A stretch of DNA of 64,000 nucleotides, taken from positions 46,852 through 110,851 of the IMG/VR virus record IMGVR_UViG_3300046519_000190. One strand, given 5' to 3'. The stretch's first letter is position 1. Each line of letters starts with the position of its first letter. The notes below the pieces were generated by a model, which was not told the origin of the DNA, made no database searches, and worked only from the letters and a program-made list of their open reading frames with translations. This document shows, one piece after another, positions 9,885 to 19,314 of the stretch. Origin of the DNA: a virus. Made by a program: the position numbers and the translations under genes.

Positions 9885-10561
9885 TGCTTAGCCTTCTCTG
9901 CTGCCCGGCGCTTGATGAAGTCCGCAGTGGACTCACCTGGCAATGGGCGAAGTGGATTGATGGTTGGGACAGGTGCTTCTGGTTCTTTCCAGGTGGGCGG
10001 CGGTGCAGCTTTCTTCACTGCCGGGACACTTTTCTCCGCGCTCTCTTTCATGAGGACGTTGACGACATCGGCCATGCCCGCTTCGACAAAGCCTGATTTC
10101 GGTTTGGGCGCTGGACGAGGTGCAGGTGGAATACGCTTCTTGGTTTCACGCACTTCACCTGGTCCACCACCGATCGCCCAACCGCGTGCATAGCTTGGGT
10201 TGGTCATATCGTACTTGCCGCTGCTGACTGCGCCGGCCGACTTGTTGTCTTTCTCGACAGCGACCGGGTCGGTGATGTGACGTGGGCGAGGCTTGAAGTA
10301 CAGCGCGTGACCTGCTGCAACCTCTTGTGCTTTGTGCTTCTTCGCAATGCAGTTGTTATGGCAGTAGGCTCGCTGGCACTCGACTGCGATACCAGACGGC
10401 AGATCGTTGTTCTCGATGCGGCGGATGGTGTGCAGGCAGACGGCATAGCTCGCATGCTGCCCACGCTCTTCACAGAAGTTATAAACCGAATTGCGGCCGG
10501 ACATGCTCGCTTCGACCGGAAGTAGAACTGCTAACTCCGGGTCTTCTTTTACTTCGGACAT
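9881..10561 (-). CDS. Hypothetical protein, Cys-rich N-terminus and Pro-rich C-terminus
   Basis: Coupled to the ligase start; MSEVKEDPE start follows AACGAGAG. Confidence 0.65.
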   Translation of the reverse strand: MSEVKEDPELAVLLPVEASMSGRNSVYNFCEERGQHASYAVCLHTIRRIENNDLPSGIAVECQRAYCHNNCIAKKHKAQEVAAGHALYFKPRPRHITDPVAVEKDNKSAGAVSSGKYDMTNPSYARGWAIGGGPGEVRETKKRIPPAPRPAPKPKSGFVEAGMADVVNVLMKESAEKSVPAVKKAAPPPTWKEPEAPVPTINPLRPLPGESTADFIKRRAAEKAKQ

Positions 10562-10631
10562 GGGAATGCTCTCGTTTGATTTGCACGCTTGCAGTGTACA
10601 AGCGCGCTTTAGGGGATGTGCGGGCTTGCTG

Positions 10632-11411
10632 TCAGCCGAAAGCGCCCCAGCCGCTGCCGTAGACCTCTTCACGGTCGATCTTCGGTTCTGGTTCGCGAAC
10701 ACCATGCGGGACACTTGCAACGTCTATAAACGTGCCGTCAACCGAGTGCATAATGCCTTCGACCACATCGGCGGTTTGCGGACTCGCGGTTTCACTGCGA
10801 GCTTGAGCGAGCAAGGCGCCTACACTGTGACCCTTGCCGTTGATGTTGCTCAAGAAGTTGCTTGTCGGCAGAAGGTTAGCAAGAGCTTTGCCCATGATGC
10901 GGCCGATCTTGTCATGACCACCCTCAACTCCATATGTCCCGGCCTGTATGTCTGTCATAGCAAGAATGGGCAGAGCTGCGTTTTTCGTACCTTTTGAAAG
11001 TTCGACAACGAACTCATGACCAACTTGGAGAGGCACTTCACGGCCAATGTAGTTCTCAACCGTGTAGCCTTTCGAGACTGCTTTGGACTTGACAACCGAG
11101 TACCACTCTCTTTCGCTGACGCGCTTGCATTGCGCCTGGCCTTTTACCTGATCATCTTTGCCCCACCAGGTAAGGGAGAAGCCGTCAACACCAGTAGGCG
11201 TTGTCGCGATGAACATCGATCGCCACAGCTTTCCTTCCGGGTGGCGGCACTCGATCATCGAAGCTGGGTAGGCTGAGCTTGAGCAATCGATCAGAGAGTG
11301 GACGGTTGGGTATTCATCTGGGCCGGTGTGATGTCCAGAAAGTTGCCATCTGACTGTCTCTGAAATCAGCTTGATTCCACAATCTGCTGGGCTGTAAGGG
11401 GTGATAAGCAT
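10632..11411 (-). CDS. Hypothetical protein with a WGR-like domain
   Basis: TWWGKDDQVKGQ...VVKSKAVSKGY matches the WGR pattern WG(R/K)..G..Q...K..KGY. Confidence 0.5.
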   Translation of the reverse strand: MLITPYSPADCGIKLISETVRWQLSGHHTGPDEYPTVHSLIDCSSSAYPASMIECRHPEGKLWRSMFIATTPTGVDGFSLTWWGKDDQVKGQAQCKRVSEREWYSVVKSKAVSKGYTVENYIGREVPLQVGHEFVVELSKGTKNAALPILAMTDIQAGTYGVEGGHDKIGRIMGKALANLLPTSNFLSNINGKGHSVGALLAQARSETASPQTADVVEGIMHSVDGTFIDVASVPHGVREPEPKIDREEVYGSGWGAFG

Positions 11412-11436
11412 GTCGAGCGATCCTGTTTATTTCTTG

Positions 11437-12543
11437 CTATAGACTGAATTTTGACATGATCGATACGGCATAGAGCGGGGTTAACTCTTTTGCCTGTACG
11501 AACGCCTGGCGAACGACTTCGGTATCTACTTCGTTCGGGTCTTTGTCGTTCGGGAGAATGGCCAGCTTGACCTTGAACCCATATGTGCGCAGCTTCACAC
11601 CCGTCTTGACAGCGTTGAGGATTGCGCTGGGTGATCCGTCCCACATCATGGTGATTTCTTGCAGGCCGGCTGCTTTCATCCGTTTCAGATCGGAGAGCTG
11701 GTCGTTTTCTGCGCCGGATTCAGCCATCGACAGGTGCATACCGAATGTTCCGCAGATACCCACATCCCTGAACGTGATGTCTTCGTCGAAAGCCTTCTTG
11801 ATTGCAGCCACGTCGAACGCGCCCTCGCCCAGTACGACCTCTTTCAAGCCCAGTGCGTTGTGTGCGTTGTAGATGAACCGCCCTGCACCCGCGAGTCCTG
11901 GTGGGAACAGGTACTTCTGGAAAGAATTAGGCTCAGTGCTTCGACCCTGGAACGTTACAAGCTTCCCGTCGATGCCATATACAGGAATGATGACTCGGTT
12001 TTCCCAGTTCTGGGTCTTCTCTTCACCACCGAGAGTGTAAGAGTAGACCCCGTGCTTGCTGTATCGCCACCCGAAATACTCGGCAAGCTCAATACCAAAT
12101 CCACGAGCCGACAGGTACTTGAGAGTCTTTCCGTTAATGGGCAGGGCGTAGCTGTCCGGGATGTTGATTTCATCGGGGTTCTCGTCTGCTGGGCGTGGAG
12201 CGCGTTTGCGGGTAGAAGACCAGCCCAGGGTCTTTGCGTAGCGCTTGAGGGCGTTGATCGTCTCACGGTGAGATTTGTCGTTGAGGTGATGGATGAAGCT
12301 GTACTTGTTGAAGCCGGGTTCGCCTGAGCATGACCCATGAAAGCAGCTACCCAAGCCTGTATCAGCGTTCAGGTAGACCTTCCAGTCGCGACCCCCACAG
12401 CGAGGGCACTCCTTTAGGTTGAGCTGAGTACCGGATCGCCCGCGAGTGACCCGGTAGTCGATGCTCTCCACGCTCAGGAAATCCTCCATGTCGACCATAT
12501 CAATCAGGTCTTGAATCTCGGAGTCATCCTTCGCAGTGGCCAT
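11437..12543 (-). CDS. DNA primase (zinc finger plus TOPRIM)
   Basis: CPRCGG...CFHGSC, RVIIPV..DGKLVTFQGR, KYL, EGAFD, KDPNE. Confidence 0.9.
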   Translation of the reverse strand: MATAKDDSEIQDLIDMVDMEDFLSVESIDYRVTRGRSGTQLNLKECPRCGGRDWKVYLNADTGLGSCFHGSCSGEPGFNKYSFIHHLNDKSHRETINALKRYAKTLGWSSTRKRAPRPADENPDEINIPDSYALPINGKTLKYLSARGFGIELAEYFGWRYSKHGVYSYTLGGEEKTQNWENRVIIPVYGIDGKLVTFQGRSTEPNSFQKYLFPPGLAGAGRFIYNAHNALGLKEVVLGEGAFDVAAIKKAFDEDITFRDVGICGTFGMHLSMAESGAENDQLSDLKRMKAAGLQEITMMWDGSPSAILNAVKTGVKLRTYGFKVKLAILPNDKDPNEVDTEVVRQAFVQAKELTPLYAVSIMSKFSL

Positions 12544-12544
12544 T

Positions 12545-12754
12545 TTACTTGCTCAGCATTTCAGGGTGGTCGTGAAGAGTCGCCAGCATCAGGTTCATCT
12601 GGCTCATGTCCGCGATGACTTCTTCGTTCGGACCCTGCTCGGCGATCTTCTCGTCGAGGTACTTCACTGCGGCCGATTCTTCACCGAAAGCCAGACGAGC
12701 GATTTCGCGCCAGTTGCCCAAAGTCGAATCATCACCACTCCACAATTTCTTCAT
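12545..12754 (-). CDS. Hypothetical protein
   Basis: RBS GAGG; tightly packed before the primase. Confidence 0.6.
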   Translation of the reverse strand: MKKLWSGDDSTLGNWREIARLAFGEESAAVKYLDEKIAEQGPNEEVIADMSQMNLMLATLHDHPEMLSK

Positions 12755-12784
12755 GTTGCACCTCTAAGTTATTGAAGTTGAAAG

Positions 12785-12812
12785 CATAACAGCCCGAAAG
12801 CGGGCTGTTATG
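12785..12812 (-). terminator. Hairpin, probable terminator
   Basis: CATAACAGCCC-gaaagc-GGGCTGTTATG inverted repeat. Confidence 0.55.
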
Positions 12813-12829
12813 GGTGTCGCAAAGGTAGA

Positions 12830-13039
12830 TCAGTCTTCGTCGGCTTCGTAGAAGTCGAAGCCTACAGCGTTCAGATCCAGGTCGTCAGGAAACTCGAGGG
12901 TGCGGCTATAGCCCTCATTCATGCCGAAACTGTCGTCCTCTTCGCACAGCTTGTCCAGAAGATCGGGGTCGCGGGTGAAACGAACGGCGCTGCTGCCGTC
13001 GCCCAAGTCTTGGGTGAACAGATAAACTTTCTGGGTCAC
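12830..13039 (-). CDS. Acidic hypothetical protein
   Basis: GTGA coupling to the upstream ORF, with RBS. Confidence 0.6.
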   Translation of the reverse strand: MTQKVYLFTQDLGDGSSAVRFTRDPDLLDKLCEEDDSFGMNEGYSRTLEFPDDLDLNAVGFDFYEADED

Positions 13040-13377
13040 AGGATTTTTCCTTTCAGGGATTTCACATGAGTTTTGAGGTCATCGAGCTTGTCGAGGTCAA
13101 TCTCGATCAGCACGGTGGTTGTGGTCAGTGACTTGCGCCACTTGCGAAACACGGTCTGCAAGTCACGCCCATCGTCAGTGCTAGTGGCATCGCAGATGCA
13201 GCCAGCAATGATGGTGATTTGATCGGTGTCAGCGCAGGAACCGGGTTCGAAACTGTCATCCGTTTGAGCGCCGTTGACAGTGTAGGAGTCACCTTCTACA
13301 AAGCCGTCTTTTGGCCACCAGGGTTCGCCCAGCTCCCAGAACTCTTTCAGCTCTTTGCCGTTTGTCTTAGTTGCCAT
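13036..13377 (-). CDS. Hypothetical protein
   Basis: Coupled ORF within an operon. Confidence 0.65.
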   Translation of the reverse strand: MATKTNGKELKEFWELGEPWWPKDGFVEGDSYTVNGAQTDDSFEPGSCADTDQITIIAGCICDATSTDDGRDLQTVFRKWRKSLTTTTVLIEIDLDKLDDLKTHVKSLKGKIL

Positions 13378-13793
13378 TACAGCTCCTTCCTTCGCACGTC
13401 GGCTTTCTGCATTTCGATCTGGGTCCAGGTATCTGGAGTGATCGCGTTGAGACGGTACTCAGCCTCTTCCAAGCTGATCTGTCTGTGATGCGCCACGAAC
13501 TCTGCCTGAGAGCTGAACACGGACTCATGATCCGCTTCCAGGCCGAGCAGTGTCGGGTGGTTCTGGTTCTCGATGTTCGCACGGAAGATTCGACTACCGG
13601 CACACTGAGGTGCTTGCAGCGCTTTCTCCTTCCAGTCGGGCGTTTCACTGGTGTAGTGACAGTGGCACGGGATGTAGAAAGGCCCGTTGGTCTGTCCCAC
13701 GTACACCTCTGGAGCAGACCCTCCCAAAGCCCCTGGGGCGATATCGCGACGGAACGCACACTCACGGCATGCTTTCTTCGGATCGCGGCTCAT
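13377..13793 (-). CDS. Cys/His-rich probable Zn-binding phage protein
   Basis: CRECAFR...PCHCH...QCAG. Confidence 0.65.
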   Translation of the reverse strand: MSRDPKKACRECAFRRDIAPGALGGSAPEVYVGQTNGPFYIPCHCHYTSETPDWKEKALQAPQCAGSRIFRANIENQNHPTLLGLEADHESVFSSQAEFVAHHRQISLEEAEYRLNAITPDTWTQIEMQKADVRRKEL

Positions 13794-14131
13794 ACAGCGA
13801 ACCAGGGCTTTTTGTGCCCAATCTTGCCAGTACCCCTGTTCGGGTTTGGATCAGTGGGTTTGAACCAGCCCACGTAGGTGATGCTCTGAACTTCCATCGA
13901 GCCGTTTGTACGATACTGTTTGGGCAAATCAATGACGAAACGAGGCAGAAGCTCCTTCTTCAAGAGGCGATGATTGCCCAGCACGTTGCGGTCTTTGACG
14001 CTAAAGGTCATCGACTTCGTTGCGCTACCGCCGTTCGGCTGACCCGGGTTCATGTGGTAGACGAACGTGATGAAGTAGTTCCAGTTGCGGCCGGTCAGCT
14101 TGGTGATCAGACGATCCATTGAGAATCTCAT
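13790..14131 (-). CDS. Hypothetical protein
   Basis: ATGA-coupled ORF. Confidence 0.55.
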   Translation of the reverse strand: MRFSMDRLITKLTGRNWNYFITFVYHMNPGQPNGGSATKSMTFSVKDRNVLGNHRLLKKELLPRFVIDLPKQYRTNGSMEVQSITYVGWFKPTDPNPNRGTGKIGHKKPWFAV

Positions 14132-14430
14132 TCGTCGTCTCCATCATCAGGTTTGGTTGCGAACATCGAGTTGTATTCGTCGATCACCTTCTTGGCGGTC
14201 TTGTATGCGAAGGCTTCGTCCATCGCGACAAAGCTGTCTTCGCCCTTTACCCAGGCTTCGTCTTCGTCCTTGCCGAAGTTGGACAGCTTGACTGCACAGA
14301 CGCCCAAGTTTTTAGGCTTGAAGGTGATCTTGATTTCAGGGCCGTAGGTGTTCGGCTCTTCCGAAGCATCGATGGTTAGAAGCACCTGGCCGATGTCTTC
14401 GAACTGGAACAGTTTGGCGAACTGTTTCAT
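14128..14430 (-). CDS. Hypothetical phage protein
   Basis: Coupled ORF starting MKQFAKLF..EDIGQVL. Confidence 0.65.
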   Translation of the reverse strand: MKQFAKLFQFEDIGQVLLTIDASEEPNTYGPEIKITFKPKNLGVCAVKLSNFGKDEDEAWVKGEDSFVAMDEAFAYKTAKKVIDEYNSMFATKPDDGDDE

Positions 14431-14660
14431 TTGGCTTTATCCCCGCTCATTGCCGCACGAATGGCACATGCAGCGGTGTCACCCTGGCTAGAGTAAGCAC
14501 ATTTGGCGTCGATAGGGTTTGCACCAGCCTGAATCGCCTGAGCGATCTTTGCATTGCCATCCATTGAGCAGCTAACCGGTGCCCATGCGATGAACACTGC
14601 GGCTAGCGCAACGACGATCCAAGCTACGATGTTGCGAAGTTCTTCCCAGTCCATATTCAT
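14427..14660 (-). CDS. Small membrane protein
   Basis: One hydrophobic segment followed by GANPIDAKCAY. Confidence 0.6.
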   Translation of the reverse strand: MNMDWEELRNIVAWIVVALAAVFIAWAPVSCSMDGNAKIAQAIQAGANPIDAKCAYSSQGDTAACAIRAAMSGDKAK

Positions 14661-14676
14661 TCTCGTTTGATGTGTA

Positions 14677-14715
14677 AAGAAAAAGACTCAGACGCGAGTA
14701 TGCACGTCTGAGTCT
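14677..14715 (-). terminator. Intrinsic terminator after the helicase gene
   Basis: AGACTCAGACG / CGTCTGAGTCT stem followed by TTTTTCTTT on the minus strand. Confidence 0.7.
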
Positions 14716-14734
14716 GGTGTGTTGCGGGCTACGA

Positions 14735-16207
14735 TCAGGTGATTTCGAGAATCCCTGTCATGAAGCGCATCTTGCTGAGCTCCTGCGTAATTTTCAGGGT
14801 GAACTCGCCGGCCTGGTTACGAGAGGCTGCAAAGTAGATTCGGGCTTCGCCTTTGGTCTTCTCTTCGTCCGTGCGGTTGATGGTCAACACCAAGTCAGCG
14901 ATACGGATTTTGTTGAAGTCTTCTGCGGCGTGTTCTGCTTTGGCCACGTCTGCTGTGAAGCCAGCTCGGTTGGTCTGTGTCGCTGTCAGAACTGCGGCGT
15001 TCTCTTCGTGTGCGATTGCCCGCAGACCCAGCCAAACCTGCTTCGACTCGTTGATGTCGTTACCGGATTTGATTTCAGCGGCCATGATGTCGGCGTAGTC
15101 GACCACGATCATGTCGAAGATGATGCCTTCGGCACGGTAGAATTCAATCACCTTGCGCAGATCAGCGCAGGTCATTTGACCCGACGGATACTCGACGACC
15201 TTGAGGTGGCCAGGCTTGCGAAGGCCAGCACGGTCTTTAACGCCCTTCTCGACGTCATTGCCCCGTGAACTGAGGTCGCTCATGTCGATGCCCGCCACGT
15301 TGGCGTCCATACGTTCCATGATGATCTTGGCGGCTACTTCGAGGGTCACGTACAGAACGTTGAAGCCTTTCTGAGAGCCCGCGAGAGCCCAGTGAAGCAG
15401 ACCCGTTGACTTACCCTTCTTGGCACCACCCATGACGACGGACAGTTCTTTACGGCCCCATCCGTGGTGGTACAACATCTTGTCGAGTTTCGGTAGACCC
15501 GAGGTGATACCGTCCTTCGTGATCAGGCCGGCTTCAACATCACGACGATACTGTGTCCGGGTTTCGATGTCGTTCCAGTAGTCGTTGTCTTCGACCACAG
15601 CCTGCGCGCCCGTTGCGAACGCCTTCTGCATGATCTTCTGAGCCTTCTCATGCTCGCCTTTCTCGACGAGTGGAATGGTCATCATGTATGCGGCTGTGAT
15701 TGCTTGCTTCTTGGCGAACTCTGCGACCTTATCTACAGCGTAGTCACGGGCCGGGAGAGCTCCAGTCAGGATTTTCTTGAGCGCTGTGACCATATCCGGG
15801 ACGTCATCGTCACGAATCGCCTTCTCAGCTTTCGCATCCTTGATCAGTTCAGCCCATTCACTGCGCTCGGGCAGACGACGGTACTTCTCATGATAGGTCG
15901 TTGTGATGTGAACCAGCGCCGACAGTGAGCGCTCTTCGAAGTATTCAGGTCGTACCAGGCCGTCTACGCGACGATAGAAAGCTTCGTCACGGCAGATCAG
16001 CGCCGCGATCTTCTGCTGAAACTCACCTTCGAACTGAAAGGCTTCTGAGCCTTCTGGGAGAGTAGGGAGCGGGGTGATGCGCTTTGCTGCCTGCATCACG
16101 GTTTCGAGTTCGTCATCCAGGTCGAGGTCTTCTTCCGGTGCGACGATACCCATCTGTCTGGCCATCTGCTCCGCCAGACTATCCTTGATTTCGGATTCGT
16201 CAGACAT
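14735..16207 (-). CDS. dnaB: Replicative DNA helicase, DnaB-like (SF4)
   Basis: GITSGLPKLD, Walker A GGAKKGKS, VTLE, IVVDYAD, TATQTNR, ADLV, RNQ. Confidence 0.9.
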   Translation of the reverse strand: MSDESEIKDSLAEQMARQMGIVAPEEDLDLDDELETVMQAAKRITPLPTLPEGSEAFQFEGEFQQKIAALICRDEAFYRRVDGLVRPEYFEERSLSALVHITTTYHEKYRRLPERSEWAELIKDAKAEKAIRDDDVPDMVTALKKILTGALPARDYAVDKVAEFAKKQAITAAYMMTIPLVEKGEHEKAQKIMQKAFATGAQAVVEDNDYWNDIETRTQYRRDVEAGLITKDGITSGLPKLDKMLYHHGWGRKELSVVMGGAKKGKSTGLLHWALAGSQKGFNVLYVTLEVAAKIIMERMDANVAGIDMSDLSSRGNDVEKGVKDRAGLRKPGHLKVVEYPSGQMTCADLRKVIEFYRAEGIIFDMIVVDYADIMAAEIKSGNDINESKQVWLGLRAIAHEENAAVLTATQTNRAGFTADVAKAEHAAEDFNKIRIADLVLTINRTDEEKTKGEARIYFAASRNQAGEFTLKITQELSKMRFMTGILEIT

Positions 16208-16445
16208 TGCAGGCTCCAAAGCACTTGATGGCCGACTTGAAGATTGTGCGGTACTGACCATCGCTGTGACGGGTGATGGTGATGGTGTAGTTGTCGAACT
16301 GCGTTACCTGACCGCGTAGCTGCGTGCCGTCGAGCATGTCGAATACAGCCAAGCTGTTCTCACGAATCAAGGTCTTGAGGATCGTCTGATGCCCGTTCTT
16401 GAAATCCTGGGGCTTCTTGTTGGAGTGGGTGTTCGGAGAGTTCAT
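16200..16445 (-). CDS. Hfq-like (Sm/LSm fold) protein
   Basis: HQTILKTLIRENSLAVFDMLDGTQLRGQVTQFDNYTITI...TIFKSAI aligns by eye with Hfq [39 protein letters not shown]...MVYKHAI. Confidence 0.8.
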   Translation of the reverse strand: MNSPNTHSNKKPQDFKNGHQTILKTLIRENSLAVFDMLDGTQLRGQVTQFDNYTITITRHSDGQYRTIFKSAIKCFGACNV

Positions 16446-16516
16446 GGTTGATCCTGCTAAGGGTGAGTGTTTGAGTGTTGCGATTGCGAGTATACGCGCA
16501 GCGAGAGCGGCAAAAA

Positions 16517-17242
16517 CTATTGGGAGAGAACTGCCGCACGGCGAAGCAGATCATTGCCGGTCTTGGGGAATGCGAACATGACCTGATCGCGGGTGATTTG
16601 GTTCTTGTCCATGATCGTGGAGAGCACACCTTCCGGCATGTTCGAACGCTTGATCTTGGTGAACAGGAAATTCAGGTAGTCGATCTGCTCCGGGCCTTCC
16701 TGAAAGTTGTCGGTGTTGAATGCTTCGTGGGCTGCGTAAAACGTGCTGTGAGACGTGCGGGCTACCCAACGCTCAACAACGTACTCGACCAGTGACGGAA
16801 GCCCTTGTAGGTGCTCTGGGACCGTTCTGGTGTACATCTGCGAGCTGCTGGGCAAGAAGTGCATGCGGGCTTTGTCGGCAAACAGCATTGCGTGCTCGCA
16901 ATAGAAGTCATACGGACACCCAATGCGGTCTGCCATCTGACGACCCTTCCAAAAACCAGTGATCGAGCGAGCGTCCAGTTCGAAGATGCAAGCCTTCTTC
17001 AAGCCTTTCATGTTCAAACCCATCCACAGGTCTGTACGCCGGCTGACAGCACGCTTGAGAGCCGCAGCATAGTGCTGAGCGTAGAGCTGGGTTGCTTGGG
17101 TGGGGTGCAGGAACCGGTAGTCCCAGAACTTGGTCTTATTGAGCTCCGCCTCTTCCTGGAGAAGCTTGATGGGGATGAACCGGAGTGCGAGCGCATCACA
17201 CTCAAGAGAGGACCATTCAGCGCCGGGATTTTGAGGGTTCAT
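16517..17242 (-). CDS. Hypothetical protein leading the helicase operon (possible initiator or loader)
   Basis: 241-aa ORF upstream of hfq-like and dnaB; function inferred from position only. Confidence 0.6.
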   Translation of the reverse strand: MNPQNPGAEWSSLECDALALRFIPIKLLQEEAELNKTKFWDYRFLHPTQATQLYAQHYAAALKRAVSRRTDLWMGLNMKGLKKACIFELDARSITGFWKGRQMADRIGCPYDFYCEHAMLFADKARMHFLPSSSQMYTRTVPEHLQGLPSLVEYVVERWVARTSHSTFYAAHEAFNTDNFQEGPEQIDYLNFLFTKIKRSNMPEGVLSTIMDKNQITRDQVMFAFPKTGNDLLRRAAVLSQ

Positions 17243-17399
17243 CGTGGAGTGCTCTGCGTGATTCGAGCGACGATGATAGAGAGAAATGATCTGGGTTTGC
17301 AACGTGGACTTGCTTGGTGTCCGCGTCCAACTCTTCCCTATTTATAACAATCTTGTCTTGTAAGAAGTATTAAATAAGGGAAGAGTTGGCGTGGATTTA

Positions 17400-18170
17400 T
17401 CAGTCGCGGTAAGCCTTCACGACTTCACGAACCAGAGGGTCGCGGGTGATGTCGTCTTCGTCGAACTCGAACCGGCCCATCGTCTTGGCGTTGCGGAAAC
17501 GGTGGGTGGCGTCTGCCAGGCCATTGTCATCGCCGGCACGGTCAGACTGACGCAAGTCACCTGCTACGACGACCTTCGAACCTTCACCCAGGCGAGTCAG
17601 GAACATCTGCATCTGGCCTTTAGTGCTGTTCTGAGCTTCGTCCAGCAGAACGAAACTGTTACGGAAGGTCGAACCACGCATCATCATCAGAGGTGCGCCG
17701 ACGATCTTCTTGTAGGCGACGTAGCTTTCGACCTTCTTGGCGCCCAGCTTGCCTTCCAGAACTTCAAGAGCTGGGCCGATCCAGGCTTTGAACTTCTCCC
17801 ATTCGGTGCCAGGCAGGAAGCCCATGTCTTCGTCGCAACCCACCATTGGACGAGTGATGATGATCCGTTCGATTTCGTTGGCTTCGAGCATTTCGCAGGC
17901 CAGGCTGATGCTCAGGAAGGTCTTGCCGGTGCCCGCGGGACCGGTGATGAATGCCAGCCGGGTGTCTTCGATGACCTGAATGCAGCGCGCCTGTGATTCG
18001 TTGCGAGGCTCCAACTCGCCAAAGCGGATTCGGTTCATTTCGCGTTCGAGCTTGGCATCCGTTTCCCGTTGGGATGCGTTCAGCTCTGGGAACTTTTGAC
18101 CATGCTTACGCTCGCGGCGTGCTTCTTCGCGGCGTTCACGACGATTTTGACGGCTTTGATTCCCGGACAT
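17400..18170 (-). CDS. phoH: PhoH-family ATPase
   Basis: GPAGTGKT, RPMV, GFLPG, MRGSTF, DEAQN, TRLGEGSKVVVAGD..QSD. Confidence 0.93.
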   Translation of the reverse strand: MSGNQSRQNRRERREEARRERKHGQKFPELNASQRETDAKLEREMNRIRFGELEPRNESQARCIQVIEDTRLAFITGPAGTGKTFLSISLACEMLEANEIERIIITRPMVGCDEDMGFLPGTEWEKFKAWIGPALEVLEGKLGAKKVESYVAYKKIVGAPLMMMRGSTFRNSFVLLDEAQNSTKGQMQMFLTRLGEGSKVVVAGDLRQSDRAGDDNGLADATHRFRNAKTMGRFEFDEDDITRDPLVREVVKAYRD

Positions 18171-18180
18171 AGCTCATTCC

Positions 18181-18531
18181 TTACTTCAATGGCGAGGGTT
18201 TGACTGTCACCGGCTTCTTGACGGGAGCGGTTTCAATCTTGATCTTCAACGGTGAAGGCTGCTGCTTATCACCGCCGTTGATATTCTGGATAGAGATACA
18301 ACGCAGAACCTGGATCGAGCATGACTTGAGTTCAGCCTCAAGATCATCTACCGCTTTGGTCCAGTCTTCGTTACTTTTTGGGCGCGCTCTTCCCGGCATT
18401 ACGCACGGGACTAGAGGACATGCTTCCACTTGCCCCGTATTTTGTGGGGTCAGTGGTTGCGGCGCGCTCGTACTGCATCCCGAGCTTATCAGGCACAGCC
18501 ATAGCCATGTAGTCGCGAATAGCCTTGTCAT
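18181..18531 (-). CDS. o-spanin (Rz1-like lipoprotein)
   Basis: Signal peptide with lipobox ISSG-C, CPLVPC, overlapping the i-spanin in another frame. Confidence 0.75.
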   Translation of the reverse strand: MTRLFATTWLWLCLISSGCSTSAPQPLTPQNTGQVEACPLVPCVMPGRARPKSNEDWTKAVDDLEAELKSCSIQVLRCISIQNINGGDKQQPSPLKIKIETAPVKKPVTVKPSPLK

Positions 18532-18820
18532 TTTTGATCAGCTCCTGGAGCGTGGCAGCGCGCGCTTTGTCTTGCTGCCTGATTTCATCCTGCATGTTTT
18601 GGACGTCTTTGCCAATCTCTAAAAGCGACTTGATGACGTTTTCACGACTCTGTGCCCACTCTCGTTCTTGGCTGATAGTGATGGTGTCTTTCTTGGCCTG
18701 GTCTTGCAGCGCAGTGATGGTCGCATCTTGCAAGGCGACACGACTCCGGCTGCGTTCAAGTTGCCAGGCACTGCCCAAACCAATCACTGCGATCAGGAGA
18801 ACCACACACAATCTCATCAT
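18371..18820 (-). CDS. i-spanin (Rz/LysB-like)
   Basis: N-terminal TM helix then coiled coil, directly after the endolysin. Confidence 0.8.
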   Translation of the reverse strand: MMRLCVVLLIAVIGLGSAWQLERSRSRVALQDATITALQDQAKKDTITISQEREWAQSRENVIKSLLEIGKDVQNMQDEIRQQDKARAATLQELIKNDKAIRDYMAMAVPDKLGMQYERAATTDPTKYGASGSMSSSPVRNAGKSAPKK

Positions 18821-19314
18821 GGGAAAGCACTCATGCAATAGGCTTCCTCGCGAAGCCGGCGTTGCCATACACCATAGCAGTTGTTGTCACGAACCGAGCA
18901 GTCCTGGCCACCTGCAAACTTCCAGCGTGGGAGCTGGTGACAAGCGTCCTCGAATTTACCCTGGACGAGCAGAGAGCGCGCTGTAGACGTTTTGAACTTC
19001 TGCCCACCCACGTTGAACGTGAAGCTTGTGAAAGAGACCAGAACGGGCTCAGGGAGCGTTACGCCCTGTGTTGTATCGAGCACGACTTGCATAGCTTTCC
19101 AGATGTCTGTGCGAAACAGGGTTTCGCAGGCAGCATTGGTGAGCACAAGACCTTTCTTCACTTCCGGGCCAGTGTGACCTCGACAGATCGTCCAGATTTT
19201 CACACTGTCCTGGTAGGCTTTCATGCTGATGCCTTCCTCTGGACCAATGAATGCGGCTGCGGCTGCGATGGCTCCAGCGAAAGTGGTGGCGATTACCTTG
19301 TTCTTAATCTCCAT
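18817..19314 (-). CDS. Endolysin, GH24 lysozyme with probable SAR domain
   Basis: Ala-rich N-terminal anchor; E-x8-D-x5-T triad (EEGISMKAYQDSVKIWTICRGHT); FNVG; RR..E. Confidence 0.9.
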   Translation of the reverse strand: MEIKNKVIATTFAGAIAAAAAFIGPEEGISMKAYQDSVKIWTICRGHTGPEVKKGLVLTNAACETLFRTDIWKAMQVVLDTTQGVTLPEPVLVSFTSFTFNVGGQKFKTSTARSLLVQGKFEDACHQLPRWKFAGGQDCSVRDNNCYGVWQRRLREEAYCMSAFP

